Shown here piece after piece: positions 25,192 through 37,999 of a stretch of DNA of 64,000 bases (within the stretch, counting starts at the first letter, position 1; every line of letters begins with the position of its first letter). Under the pieces are notes generated by a model, which saw only the letters and a program-made list of their open reading frames with translations, was not told where the DNA came from and searched no databases. This DNA is from Octopus sinensis (lineage: Eukaryota), in contig NC_042999.1 of assembly GCF_006345805.1 (NCBI RefSeq), positions 127,472,001-127,536,000 of the forward strand, read 5' to 3'. A program made the position numbers and the translations under genes.

Positions 25192-25990
25192 ATAGTTCAG
25201 AGAAGAGTTTCATAGCTTGTATTCTTCCTAGCAATATTACTACACCTGTTGATAAAATCAATATATCTATATAGCCACTTGTTATCTCTATATTTTAAAA
25301 CTGAAGATCACATGTTTAAGTTCTGCTCACCTTTCTTCTAATAAGGTTATTGGTCAAATAACTTGTTTCCACTAATTCTTTGTTGTTGTTGTCCCCCTAT
25401 AAGAAGAGATTTTACTTTAGTACTTTCTTTCCTCAGACATCTACCTTATAGAAGTCTCTTTCTTGTCTGCCTGTTAGATATAATCCTTATTCTTTTAAAT
25501 CTTATGTTGATCTTTTTATGTTTTCTACAGTTTTTTTTCCCAGATTTTTTTTCTTACTCTCTCTCTTTTTTCTTTTTCTATAAATCAAGTGATTGTTTGA
25601 AGCTTATATTATTGCTTGCTGCTCAGTTGAGAGTTGATATCCAATATGAACAAAAAGAAACCTTATCATTGAGCAATGTGTCTTGGTTATAGATGAAGTT
25701 TTGATTTTGAAAATGTTTAATAACACTATTAACATATAAATTATGTTAATCCAACAAATATCATCTGCTTGGTTAGAATGGTTGCCTTTGTTTGCATCAC
25801 TTATATTTACTTAAGTAAGTCACTTAAGTTTAACAGACATCCTTTTCATAATAATGTTGCACTGAGAGACTTCCCTGGAATAAATCATGTCTGCTGTATT
25901 ATGACCAATAAGCCACTTCTGTTTGATTAGCTATCTCTGTACAGTTTTGCATAGCATATACCATGACAACTACCACCACCACCACCAACA

Positions 25991-26113
<123 letters not shown>

Positions 26114-26752
26114 AAGAAGTTACCAGACTAAACTCCTTCACTGAAAGTTGGAAACCAATCCCTTTTCCTTACAGATGGAAACATGTCTTATGTCACTTAA
26201 GAGATGTTTCCACTACTTACCAAGAGAAAAGAAAGAAGAAAAGATCCAAATATGGACTATATCAAATTTAATATTATTTGTATAAGAGGCACATCTAGTA
26301 TAATAAAATAATAATTATGATTGTTTATATAAATATGGAAACTCATGTTTTTTAGAGATGCAGTAATGGAAAATTTTGAAGTTTATGCTTTTGTATTAAA
26401 AGTTAGGTTAGAGAGGTCATTCAATAAGTATTGTAAATAACAAAATATTGTTCTCATTGGTACTGCCCACATCATACGTAAGAAAAACATTGTCAATTTG
26501 GAGATACTTGACTCTCATAAAACTCTTTCAATATTGAAATATTATAAATTAAACAGAACCTTAGTTCACAGAATGTGGTCTCTCTTTCCCCTTAAATATA
26601 TTAGTGCTAATCATAAATAATGCTAAAGTAAAACATCTGACTTGCTGTTACTTAAGATCTCTGATTGAGACTTGGAGCATAAAACAAAGCAGCAACAATA
26701 TGATTGCCTCCTTATCGCAGCCAGAATAATGAAGAAAGTACATGCATACATA

Positions 26753-26910
26753 CTTGTGCGTGTATGTACGTGCATGCTTGTGTGAGTATGTACGTGCATG
26801 CTTGTGTGAGTATGTACGTGCATGCTTGTGTGAGTATGTATGTGCATGCTTGTGTGAGTATGTATGTGCATGCTTGTGTGTGTATGTACGTGCATGCTTG
26901 TGTGTGTGTG
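26753..26910. repeat. 24-bp minisatellite, about 6.5 copies
   Basis: Unit gcatgcttgtgtgagtatgtacgt; explains the 8-residue periodicity in the overlapping ORFs. Confidence 0.9.
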
Positions 26911-27165
26911 TAAATATGTACAAAACTATACCGAGTTATGACTATAAAAGGGCTCTTCGGTGTTTGCATCTCAACTACAGATGGTGTTGTCACCATTTAT
27001 ACTTGGGCAGCAATTGGTGATGTTAGTAGAGATTGCCTGCCAACAATCCATCTTTGAACTGTATGCTTTCAAATTCCTGTGGATTAAAAAGAAAGTATAT
27101 TTTGTATATTACAATGTTTACTTATATTTCAAATGTAAATAAAAGAAAGAAAAAAAAACAACACA

Positions 27166-27542
27166 TTGACCCTTTAGCATTTAAACCAGCCATATCAGGT
27201 CCAAATATTCAACCGGTTTTATGTTCAAAACAGCCAGATTCAGTCTCTCACACCTACCTTACAATGTCATTCTAAAAAATAAACAAATCACATCATTGAA
27301 ATCTCAAAGCTATGAGATAATGTATGATTAATTAAAAACAAGATGAATAAATAAGCATTGCATTTGACAGAATAATCTGCTCCTTTATTCAAACTGGCCA
27401 GATCTAGCTCAAATATTCAACCCATTTTATATTCAAACCAGCCAGAGCCATCCTCTTAGGCCTACCTTACAACATCATTCTAAAAAAAATAAATTATCAC
27501 AACATTGTGTTTGACAGAGTAATCTGAATGCTAAAGGGTTTA
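27166..27542. mobile_element. piggyBac-type MITE with internally duplicated segment, opposite orientation to 21415
   Basis: Starts ccctttagcatttaaacc and ends gaatgctaaagggtt; the internal segment (caaatattcaacc...cctaccttacaa..tcattctaaaaa) occurs twice. Confidence 0.75.
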
Positions 27543-27588
27543 AGTACTAAATAACTTTCTGAAATTGCTTGTGAAATCATCATGTTTA

Positions 27589-27800
27589 AGAGAACCCATT
27601 TCTCATCACCAGTCATTATTGGGTCCAAAACAGGTTCATTCATGAGATGTGACAGCAAAGAAGAGCACACATTCACTCTCTGGGAAAGTTTGTGAGGAAC
27701 CAATTGACCCAATTTGCTGACTTTTCCAATGGTACGCAGGTGTTGATGAATGGTTGAATGACCGAATCCAAGCTTCTCTGCTAGCACAAATGAGCTGAGA
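27589..27800 (-). mobile_element. Mariner transposase fragment
   Basis: LAEKLGFGHSTIHQHLRTIGKVSKLGQLVPHKL...IMTGDEKWVL: helix-turn-helix, WVPHEL-like linker and first catalytic-Asp motif TGDEKW. Truncated, no TIRs seen. Confidence 0.9.
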
Positions 27801-28240
27801 GAGAGAAAAAATGGGTATAAGAGAAATCAGCTGTAGTGTATGGGAGAGAAAGCTGCAGTGGTAAAGATATGTATATGAAAGATGGTAGTTGGGTAAAGAA
27901 GTTTCAAGCAATCTAAATGAAAGGAGCCTATGAGAGAAAAAAACATTATTAATCCTTATTTTATACCCTTTCCTTAGAAAATGGACTGTACCTAGTCAAA
28001 AAACATTCTTCTCAAATATATTGGTTTTCATATTTTGGTAGAAGGCCAGCAATATTTCAGAGGAGGTGGTAAGCTGATTACATTGACCTCAGTGATCAAT
28101 TGGTACTTAGTTTTTTGACCCAGTAAGGATGAAAGGTGAAGTCAACCTTGGTGGAATTTGAATTTGGAACATAAAGACGGATGAAACACTACTAGCGATT
28201 CTGTCAGCTTCCCACTTTTTTCCTCTTGAATATATTAATT

Positions 28241-28640
28241 GGTGTAGGTGTAGCTATGTGATAAGAAGTTTACTTCCTATTCACATGGTTTTAAGTTCAG
28301 TCCCACTGCATGACACCTTGAGCAAGTGTTTTCTACAATTACTCCAGGCTGAGTAAAACTCTGTGACGAGTTTGATGGAAATTATAAAAAGGATATCGTA
28401 CATGTGTGTGTTACTGTCTCATTGTCTTTACTCTACATAGTAGTTGTAAACAAGTCGCACCTATCATGCAAGCAGTGTCCTTCACTTCCAGTCTCCCAGG
28501 AAAACATGTCTGGTCATAGGGAAATATTACCTTACTGGGGAAGGGGTGAGGGTTGATAACGGGAAGGTATCTGGCTGTAGTAAAATCCATCTCAACAAAT
28601 TCTGTTTGACCCATGTGAGCATGAAAAGTGTACATGAAAA
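28241..28640 (+). mobile_element. SINE family A2 (A head, different body, D-like tail)
   Basis: A-type head, then gcagtgtccttc...gggaaatattacctt...gacccatgtgagcatgaaaagtg. Same layout at 40037 and 42019. Confidence 0.75.
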
Positions 28641-29039
28641 TAGTGAAATATTAAATTTTTGTTGTTGTTGTTGGAATTAACAAATATCTAATGACTAAGA
28701 GAAAGGAAAGAAATCAAAATATTTTCTTGTGTATGATGTAGAGTAGGCATAAGCAACCCTTTATGTGAAGCAGGTTGCATGACACTTGGTTTGTCATCAG
28801 CCGGGCTGCACTACTAAAAGAATTTAAGGTAAATTTCTTGTTGGTGTGCCATTCAATAAGTCCTGTGTATGACAGTTTTCTCTTGAGTGAAACAGAATCA
28901 AAAGTGGTGAGATACTGTATTGCTGAAGACCTGTCCAACCCATACAAAAGACAACCAGCTCAAACCATGGAAACAATAAAATATAACTAAAAAGAGACAT
29001 AATGTATTACTGATGTCATGGTCACCAAATGAAAATATT

Positions 29040-29290
29040 TTCATTATCATCATAATCCAAGGTGATATCCAGTCTATCGAGTGGTTGATTGGTTTCCAAT
29101 ACTATATCTTTCCATATGTCTTGTCTCTGAGAAATTGGATTTTCAAGTGCATGACCCAACCTTTCTAAGGTGTACTTTTAACAAACTACATCTCAATTCA
29201 ATGGCCTCCCACCAACTCATATACTCTTAATGGAAAGAATGTTAAAATACTTGAGAAATTATCTGACCTTTTTGTTTTTTCATTGCCAAT
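29040..29290 (+). mobile_element. Possible highly decayed CR1-like RT fragment
   Basis: Short translated patches IQGDIQSIEW and YTLNGKNVKILEKLSDL resemble CR1 motifs LQxDLxxLxxW and YxLNGxxLxxVxxxxDLG; weak. Confidence 0.35.
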
Positions 29291-30619
29291 CATCCCTCAC
29301 TTTTCAGTACCACCCTCTAAGCTTCTCTGACATTTGTCTTCCCCAGCATGTTGTCAGAGAATGAGATTCTTTTCTTTGTAGTTTTCAATTTTTATTAAAT
29401 CTGTGTTTGTTTTTAGGACAATTTGCAGTTGAACCTTACAATATTATTGTTGAACATAACAAGTACAGTAGCTGTAAAGTGTAGGTGTTACGACTTCAAA
29501 CATTTCTAGGGATTATTGTCTAGTTCAACTGGGCAAGCAATGTAACTCTTCTTACCTCAACATAATTGGCATTTGATACTATTTTAACAGTTGAGTGGTT
29601 AGCAATAGGAAGGGGCATTCAGCTGTAAAAATAATTGTTCTAGCAAAAGTCCTGTCACTCTTACAATGATTTGAAAGTTAGTACATGAAAGTATCTTATT
29701 GCAAGGAACATTGGCCAAGTGAACCTAAACAGACAGCTTTCAGCATGTGATGATGATGATGATGGTGGTGGTGTTGGTGGTGGTGGCTGTAATGTCTAAC
29801 AGACAAAAGGTCTGAAATTTAAAGAAAGAGATGGTTACTATTTTAGAGTTTACTTAATTACTTATGCCCTTCATTCCCCATGAAGTATAGGTCATCAATG
29901 ACTTTTCTCCGCTGTCCTCGATTCTAGGCAGGGCCACTCCCTCAGTATGTGAGATGGTGGTGGTGGTGGTGGGTGGGCATCTGCATGTTTCTCTGAGAAA
30001 AGTCCCATCCTTTCTTAAGTCTTATTGTTTTTAAATTGTCATACTTCTGTAAATTTGTTTGTTTTGAGTAGGGGTGTTGGCCCTAAGAAAACCCATTTTT
30101 ACTCTAACAATTTGGGGTGAAAGACAATTATATTGATTAATTAGTTGACTGATTCTTTATTTTATCAACCACCGAAGAATGAAAGGCATAGTGGATCCCA
30201 ACAAGAGTTGAACACAGTGCATAAAAGACTGTCACTAATTACTGCGAGGTATTCTGTCTGACACTCTAATGAGTTTGCTATAATGATAATTCTAATTAAT
30301 TATTAAATAGCAGATCATAATGAGTTGTCACTTGAATTATATGTAGAAAGAATTTGAAGTGTAATATTGCTGTATCTCAAGCTATATTGTGTTATATGTA
30401 GAGGGAGGTGTTTATTAATCAGTGACAAATGTATATTTATATAGTTGTCTTTACAAATAAATGTTAGGTGAGAGCTACAAAAATAGTGGAATACATGGTC
30501 CAAATAAGATAAGCTTTTAATCTGTATTCAAATATTATCTTTACTTGATAAAATACTGCAGGTCACAAAAGGGTCAGATAAAGGAGTTAGAGAGAAATAA
30601 AGGGAGGTACGCACATGAG

Positions 30620-30712
30620 TGTACACACACACACACACACGTGCGTGCACACACACACACACATGTGCGTGCACACACACACACACATGTGCGTGCACGC
30701 AGACACATATGT

Positions 30713-30765
<53 letters not shown>
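30620..30765. repeat. (CA)n array with periodic gtgcgtg interruptions
   Basis: Directly visible. Confidence 0.9.
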
Positions 30766-30769
<4 letters not shown>

Positions 30770-32847
30770 GGTGAAGTTTTTCAGAGACATGTTATATAGT
30801 TATACGTGCAAAATAAAACAAAAAAGGCAAATGAATATCTTTATAATCCTGTTGGTAGTTGGATGTTTTATTTTAAATTAAAATATATACCTTGCACATT
30901 TATCTTAAATAAAGATAACAGTATTGTAATTTCTACATACTCTTAAAAATGAGGGCATGGTCATAGCTGGAATGCTTTTCATCATAGCTCTGCTGGGTCA
31001 AGGCTGACCAGAAGAAACTTCTTCTAGGTATCACACAGTGAAACTGAACATACAGCCATGCCTGTGCATGTAGCACATTTTGTATTTTTATTTTCAACAC
31101 TTTCTCTTCAATTGGGGGCTTAAATAAGGATCTGATAGCCATGGTTAGAAAGAACACTCATCATAAATCTACTTATTCAGAGCCACAATACCTTTAGCCA
31201 AAGTGGGAGGCTCTGTGCTGTCACCCAATCTGCTAGAATTAGCCAGTAGATCTGCTTTGAATTATTCCCTACCATCTCACAAAGAAGTACCACCAGCTAC
31301 CGTCACCAGCTTGAAATTTTAAGAACTTTGTAATAGTAAACAAAGAAAAAAAAAACAAAAAAAAAATTGTGTATTCTATGCAATTATTTCTTTGTAATTC
31401 CTTAATTCTAATTTTAAATTTCTAGTTAATTAGTTTGGCTGTCCTCTCAGACAGTTCAGTGATTTTATGCAAACACATCATCCATCACGGTCCCCCCTGC
31501 ATGTTCTTAATTTATCAGTATTTGCCATTCCACTGTCCTGAAGCAAGTTGTTTGCATAGATTAGACATTTTCTTCCCCATTGATTCTTCCTTCAACGCAC
31601 TGACATAAGATCAGTTGACACAGGTTTTTCTGGGCACCTGGTGCCAGCAATTCTCATTTTTCTCAACTGAATCTTCTCAGTCACTTTGGGTAGATCTTAA
31701 TAAAGATGCTCATTGGTTAAATGAGCTCTGCATGTAACATGCAGAACCATTCTTAACACTTCAAATTTCTAATCCTGCTAAATTTTATGAAGAAATTATT
31801 ATTTCCTTTTTAATGATTTAAACCTCCAAGGAAAAGACAAGTGTTTCAATTTTAAAATCTTTAAAAATGAATTTTTAATAATGATGCTGATTTTTAATTA
31901 TTTTAATTAATGTAGTAATGATCTAATCTTTACTTCATTATAAGCTTCTAGACTTAGCAATAGACTGGAGCTCTCACTATTTATTTATTGATAGTAAGTT
32001 ATAGACTAGTACTGGGTTGGCAACTGTGGCAACAACAACAACAAACTTTCTTGGCTTCAGTTAGAAAACAAAGTTTTAAATAGCTTTTGTAGTTAGTTTT
32101 TATTTACCATAGAAAGTTGAAATATCAGAAATAATAAAAATCAGTTGTGATTTCTGGCAAGTGCAGCTACTAATTTAAAGACTCCCCCAGTCAACTGCTA
32201 GTAATCTTTATAGAGAGATAATCTTTATCTAATTGACCTTCTCTTTGCTAATGAGATACATAATAGACATTTAGCATAGCAGTTTTGTTTAACACTATCG
32301 GCAGCTGACAGAGAAAGAATATAAAAAAGGATGGCCAGAGAAATTCTAGTTTTTCTTCAACAGTAATATGTTGTTCTTAATGTGGTTGTCATTGGATAGC
32401 TCTGATAAACGTTTGTTGACTCAACACATGATTTCGATGAAATGTGGTTTATTATTTTTTTGTTGACTTTTTTTTTTATTTCTTAATTTTTGTTAGTTAA
32501 GAAGTTCATATCACAGTCATGTGATTGTGGATTCAATCCTACTGTGGGATTCAACCAAGATTTCTTATAGGGCCAGCTTACTTATAATTCATTTGGTAGA
32601 TGTTTGAGATGTTTGCCATAAAGATAGATTTTATCTTGAGTTTTATATAGGTGGCTTCAAACCCACTGCATAACACTTTGATGAGGTCCTTCCACTATAG
32701 ACACATGTCAATCCAGCCTTGTAAATGGATTTCTTAGATGTAAACTGAAAGCAGCCTATCACACACACACACATACACACATAGATAAATAGATAGATAA
32801 ATCCACATGTGTATGTATGTATAAAAATATGTGTGTGTGTGTGTATA

Positions 32848-33256
32848 GGCGCAGACATGCCTGTGTGGTAGGAAGCTTGCTTCCCAACCACATGGTTCCT
32901 GGGTTAGTCCCACTGCATGGCACCTTGGGCAAATGTCTTGTATGTAGCCACAGGTTGACCAAAGCCTTGTGAGCGGATTTGATAGACAGAAACTGAAAGA
33001 AGCCTGTCATATATATGTATATGTATATATTTATGTATTTTTGTGTCTATCCCCGTCCCCATCACCGCTTGACAACTGGTGTTGGTGTGTTTATGTCCTT
33101 GTTACTTAGCAGTTCAGCAAAAGAGACCAATAGAATAAGTACTAGGCCTTAAAACAATGCATCCAGGCGTCAATTTGTTTGCTAAACCCCTTCAAAGCTA
33201 AAATCCTTCAGCATGGCAGCAGTCAAATGATTGAAACAAGTAAAAGAATAAAAGAA
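32848..33256 (+). mobile_element. Full-length SINE family A
   Basis: ggcgcagacatgcctgtgtggtagg head through aaatgattgaaacaagtaaaagaataaaagaa tail; flanked by further A fragments at ~32650-32780 and ~33280-33440. Confidence 0.88.
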
Positions 33257-34314
33257 TATATATATATATATGTTTGTGTGTGTCACCACCACTTCACCAC
33301 TGGTGTTGGTTTGTTTGTGTCCCAGTAAATTAGTGATTCAGCAGAAGTGACCAACAGGATAAGTACCAAATTTAAGAAAAAATAACTCTTCACAATAGTG
33401 CCCCAGCGTGGCTGCAGCCCAATGACTAACAAGCAAACGATAATTCATAATTTCAGTTTGAACTCTGTTGATCACTTTGAGTGCCACTACAAAATAGAAA
33501 ATTATGGCACAAGGCCACACATTTGGGGAAGAGAACAGTTGCTTAAACTGACCCTAGTATTTGACCTCTGGAGGAATGAAAGGCATAGACGTCCTCAGTG
33601 GGATTTGAACTCAAAGTGTAAAATGAGGCAGCTAAATATTTAACTACAAGAACATTTTGATTGCTCTTCTATTGATTTTGCCAACCTACCACTGTCTAGA
33701 TTATAAAATATTGAAAAGTCATCAGGAGACTAGAAGATGCTTCAGATAAAAGCTTGACTTCATAAAAAGGCAGACAAATGAGAAGAAAAGAATAAATAAT
33801 TCAGAAGGAAAACTACTGCCGCCGCCGCTGCTGCTGCTGCTACTACTACTACTACTACTAATTTCAAATCTAATCTAATAATGTGGGGATCAAATGATAT
33901 GCTCATTCATTGAGGACTTCATTGTTTGTTAATTCAAGTAGCTTTTGCACTGTTAAGTCTCTTTGTACCAACTGGGATGGTTCAGAAATGCTCTGTTATC
34001 TTGTCACTTGTGGAGTTACTTATTGCTACTATTTAGAAAAAAGAAAATAATAATAATAATAATAATAAACAGCAGTAATTGAATACATCAGACTGAAAAA
34101 CACAACTATTGTCACTTCCTAACAACTATAACTACTGTAAAAAGCATGTAACAACAACAATAATCAAAGTTTTGGGAAAGGAAAAAGAAAAAAAAGATTT
34201 AGGATACCAGATATGAAAAGTAAGCCAAAATCTTTTAATAAGTTATTGCAGACAAGCTTTTGATATTGATAACACTTGTTTTACTGATGTTATCAACCAC
34301 AACAATTATGCCCC

Positions 34315-34355
<41 letters not shown>

Positions 34356-34511
34356 CATATCCTCTATCAGCATGTATTTATTTGTGAATATTGTACAGTA
34401 TGCTTATTTTTGTTTTAAACTATAAATATATTGGAGCTGTCTTTTCACATTCTTCAAAAGAAAAAGAAAAAAAGGAAAAAAAGCAAGCTGTTTTTATATT
34501 AGTGTATGTTT

Positions 34512-34693
34512 TCAGGGAAGCGGGATAGTCAATTACATCAACCCCAGTGCTCAACTGGTATTTGTTTTGTTGACTCTGAAAGGATGAAAGGCAAAGTTGA
34601 CCTCGGTGGAATCTGAAATCAGAATGTAAAGATGAATGCAAACACTGGTCAGCATTTTAGCCGGTATGTTACCAATTCTGCCAGATTACCACC
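34512..34693 (-). mobile_element. SINE family B
   Basis: aaggatgaaaggcaaagttgacctcggtggaatctgaaatcagaa is the reverse complement of the B core. Confidence 0.8.
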
Positions 34694-34860
34694 TTAGTCT
34701 ATGTTTTGATGCTATTATTCACAAATGTAACAGGTGTAGGTGAACTGACAAGGGAGGAAACCTCTTTGTGATATCCAGTATGTTCATTCTGTGAGAAATA
34801 GCAGCTAAATCACATCCTACACTCTTGAAAAGGGAAGGACATTTTCATTAGACAATATAT

Positions 34861-34908
<48 letters not shown>

Positions 34909-35555
34909 CATGTAAATAGCTGGAACATCTTTGATATATCTGTTTTATTGTGGTTGATGTGTGATGAAACAACAGGTGTGATCTATGATTTCCTGTTGTA
35001 GACAAGTATACATCGTTGCTATTATGTTAAACTGTCGTATGTCCAAACTTGGACACCAGGTTCCAGTCTGGATGCCCTCCCTAGTGCCAGCCACGCCACT
35101 TTACAGTGTGTGCTGAGTGCTTTCAATGGCATGATTACTTTTACATGGTGCCTGCATGAGTGTTTTTCATGTGGCACTGGCACAGGACTCTTCACTTGGG
35201 ACACAGACTTAACACTTATGTTGTAGAAGATGGGTCTTCTTGAGTGCTGTGTGTCTCTTTGTATTTGTATATGTCTCTCCACCAATTGACAACTAGTGTT
35301 GGTTTGTTTACATCCCCATAAGTTAGTGGTTTTAGTAGAAGAAACTGATAGAAGAATTAGGTTTAAGAAAACACATACTGGGGTTGAATTGTTTGACTAA
35401 ACCCTTCAAGGTGGTGCCCCAGCATGGCCTCAGTCCTATGAATGAAACAAGCAAATGATAAAAGAAAATATATGAAGTGCCTTATATGAAATACAATTCT
35501 TTATTTTCTCAACATGCATCTCTTTAGTTTATTATTTTCCATGTGCATTATGTTG

Positions 35556-35908
35556 GTGAAGGCACCTGGCTCAGTGGTTAAAGTGTTAGGCTCTCAATCA
35601 CAAGGCAGTAGGTTCGATTCCCGGACTGGACTGTGTGTTGTGTTCTTGAACAAGACACTTTATTTCATGTTGCTCCAGTTCACTCAGCTGTAGAAATGAG
35701 TTGTGATGTCACTGGTGCCAAGCTGTATCAGCCTTTGCCTTTCCCTTGGATAACACCAGTGGCATGGAGAGAGGGGCTGGTATGCATGAGTGACTGCTAT
35801 TCTTCCATAAACAAACTTGCCCAGACTTGTGCCTTAGAAGGGAACTTTCTAGGTACAATTCCATGGTCTTTCATGACAGAAAGGCGTCTTTGTCTTTTAC
35901 CCTTTTAC
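35556..35908 (+). mobile_element. SINE family C with clear Pol III boxes
   Basis: A box tggctcagtgg and B box ggttcgattcc, followed by gttgctccagttcactcagctg body; collinear with the minus copy at 42495. Confidence 0.85.
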
Positions 35909-36960
35909 ATTATGTTGACACAGACGGTTACTAGTCTACACATGATGTTCGCACAAAGGGAATTTCTGTACCAGTTGCTATATTTTGTTATTGCCTTTTA
36001 AGCTCAAGTTTAAACTCACTTCGCAGCAATCTAGTTTCATGTTCAGTCACACTTGAAAGCAAAAGAGACCAATAGAATAAGTATCATGTTTAAAAAAATA
36101 AGTACTTAACTCGATTTGTTTGACTAAACCCTTCAAATTGGTGTCTTGGCATGGCTACAGTTCAATGATTGAACCAAATAAACAGTAAAAGTGCCGTTTG
36201 TTAGCTGAGGGTGTATATCCCCAAATGGCTGATGTATTTCTTTGAGAAGAAATTATCACTCACTCACCTCCCAGTTTTATCAGTTTAGAAAGACATAATT
36301 AAAGGAACAAAGCCATGGAAAACCTAAAATTAACAAGATATACAGCATGTCCATCATTGTGCCGAACTTAGTCAGCAGAAGATTATTAGCTCATTTCTTG
36401 CATGTAATTTCGGTTTGATAGATTTAAAAGGGAATTAATAGTGAAAAGATTCTATTTAGAAGTTTTTCATTTAGTTTATCATACCTACACTTTAGGCATT
36501 TTCCATTTAGGATGTGTTAACAGTGTGTGTTGGTTGGTATTTAGCCAATAAGTTAAATAGATTTTGAAAGAAAATTACCTTGGGAGACACATATTTTTAA
36601 CACCTGCAGTAGATAAATATATTTGTTTCTTATTCCTCACTATTTGCTAGTTGCTTATTGATCGGTTTATTAACAAAGCTTTATTAGTTCGATACCTAGA
36701 ATATGGACTTCCTTGATTTATAATTCACAGATATTTGGCACTTATTTATTATTGTTGGTCATTAGTTTACAGTTCTACCCATCTCATTCTAATTTAGGAA
36801 AATAAAATTTCAAATATTGTATACCCTTGTCTTGACAGATTCTGTGCACCCACAGGTTGGAACTCTGAGTAGCCAGGGACTGACTCAACCAATATAAAAA
36901 TATTATTGATTTCTAATCCGGTACCAAATACTCTTTTTTTCTGACAACCATTATGAGATG

Positions 36961-37013
<53 letters not shown>

Positions 37014-37014
37014 T

Positions 37015-37200
37015 CATCATCATTTAGAATCCATTTTCCATGCTGGCATGGGTTAGGCAGTTTGAATACAACTGGTGAGTAGGAGAGCTGCACTAGGCTC
37101 CAGTTTGATTTGGCCTGGTTTCTATGGCTGGATGCCCTTCCTAATGCCAACTGCTCCCAAAGTGTAGTGGGTGCCTTTTACGTGTCAACGGCATGGTTGC
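37015..37200 (-). mobile_element. Family D copy
   Basis: catcatcatttagaatccattttccatgctggcatgggtt...ggctggatgcccttcctaatgcc. Confidence 0.8.
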
Positions 37201-37930
37201 TGGAGAAAAAGATAGATAGATAGATAGATAGACAGACAGATGCCCTAACAGTTTCCATTTTCCAAATTCACTTACACGCCATTGGTCAGCTCAAGACTAT
37301 AGGAGAGGACACTTCCCTGAGGTACCATGGTATGTAGTCAGAATGAGCCTGAGACTATGTGGTTGTGAAGCTCATTGACCATACAGTAATGCCTGCACCC
37401 AAATCTATATAAGCTGAAGATAAATAAACAGAAGTGTTATAAAATAACTATTCCTCATGAAACTATGATAATACCAAAACACAGTACATGGAAAGTTGAT
37501 TCAGAAAGAGCTGAAAGTTTATTTGCAAGAACATTGTCAATAAAAATCCAGCCATTTTAAAAAACACTGTCTAATGTTAATTTTGTCCCAACGTCTTGCA
37601 GGAAGGAATAACTGTTATTCTCTTTTATGTATATAAATGGTAAATTACATGAGAAGCAATACAGCATATCAGTAATATACTTGTTCTCTCTTTTCGATAT
37701 GATAATTTGAAATCAAAAGTAAGCACTCTGTAAAATACATTACAAACATTTCTCTCTTTGATGAGGTAATTATATAATGTTATGGAGACCAAAAATGTTT
37801 TTGAACCTTATGCCTGAAAATTGAAGTTAGGATGGTCACAGTTGGAATGCCTTTGAACTTAGGCCTGCTCCATCAAGGCCTAGATAAGCCTTGATGGAAC
37901 AGAACCAACATTAAGATGTCTTCTTTCTCT

Positions 37931-37940
37931 GCTGCTGCTG

Positions 37941-37996
<56 letters not shown>
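37931..37996. repeat. (GCT)n-(ACT)n trinucleotide microsatellite
   Basis: Directly visible. Confidence 0.95.

Positions 37997-37999
<3 letters not shown>

Noticed and set aside
26623-27020. Repeat-protein ORFs with 8-residue periodicity
   Set aside because: All frames are open simply because the 24-bp minisatellite lacks stops; there are no splice signals or flanking coding sequence.
35556-35630. tRNA gene
   Set aside because: A and B boxes are present but I see no acceptor-stem pairing or cloverleaf, and the sequence continues into a SINE body found elsewhere in the window.
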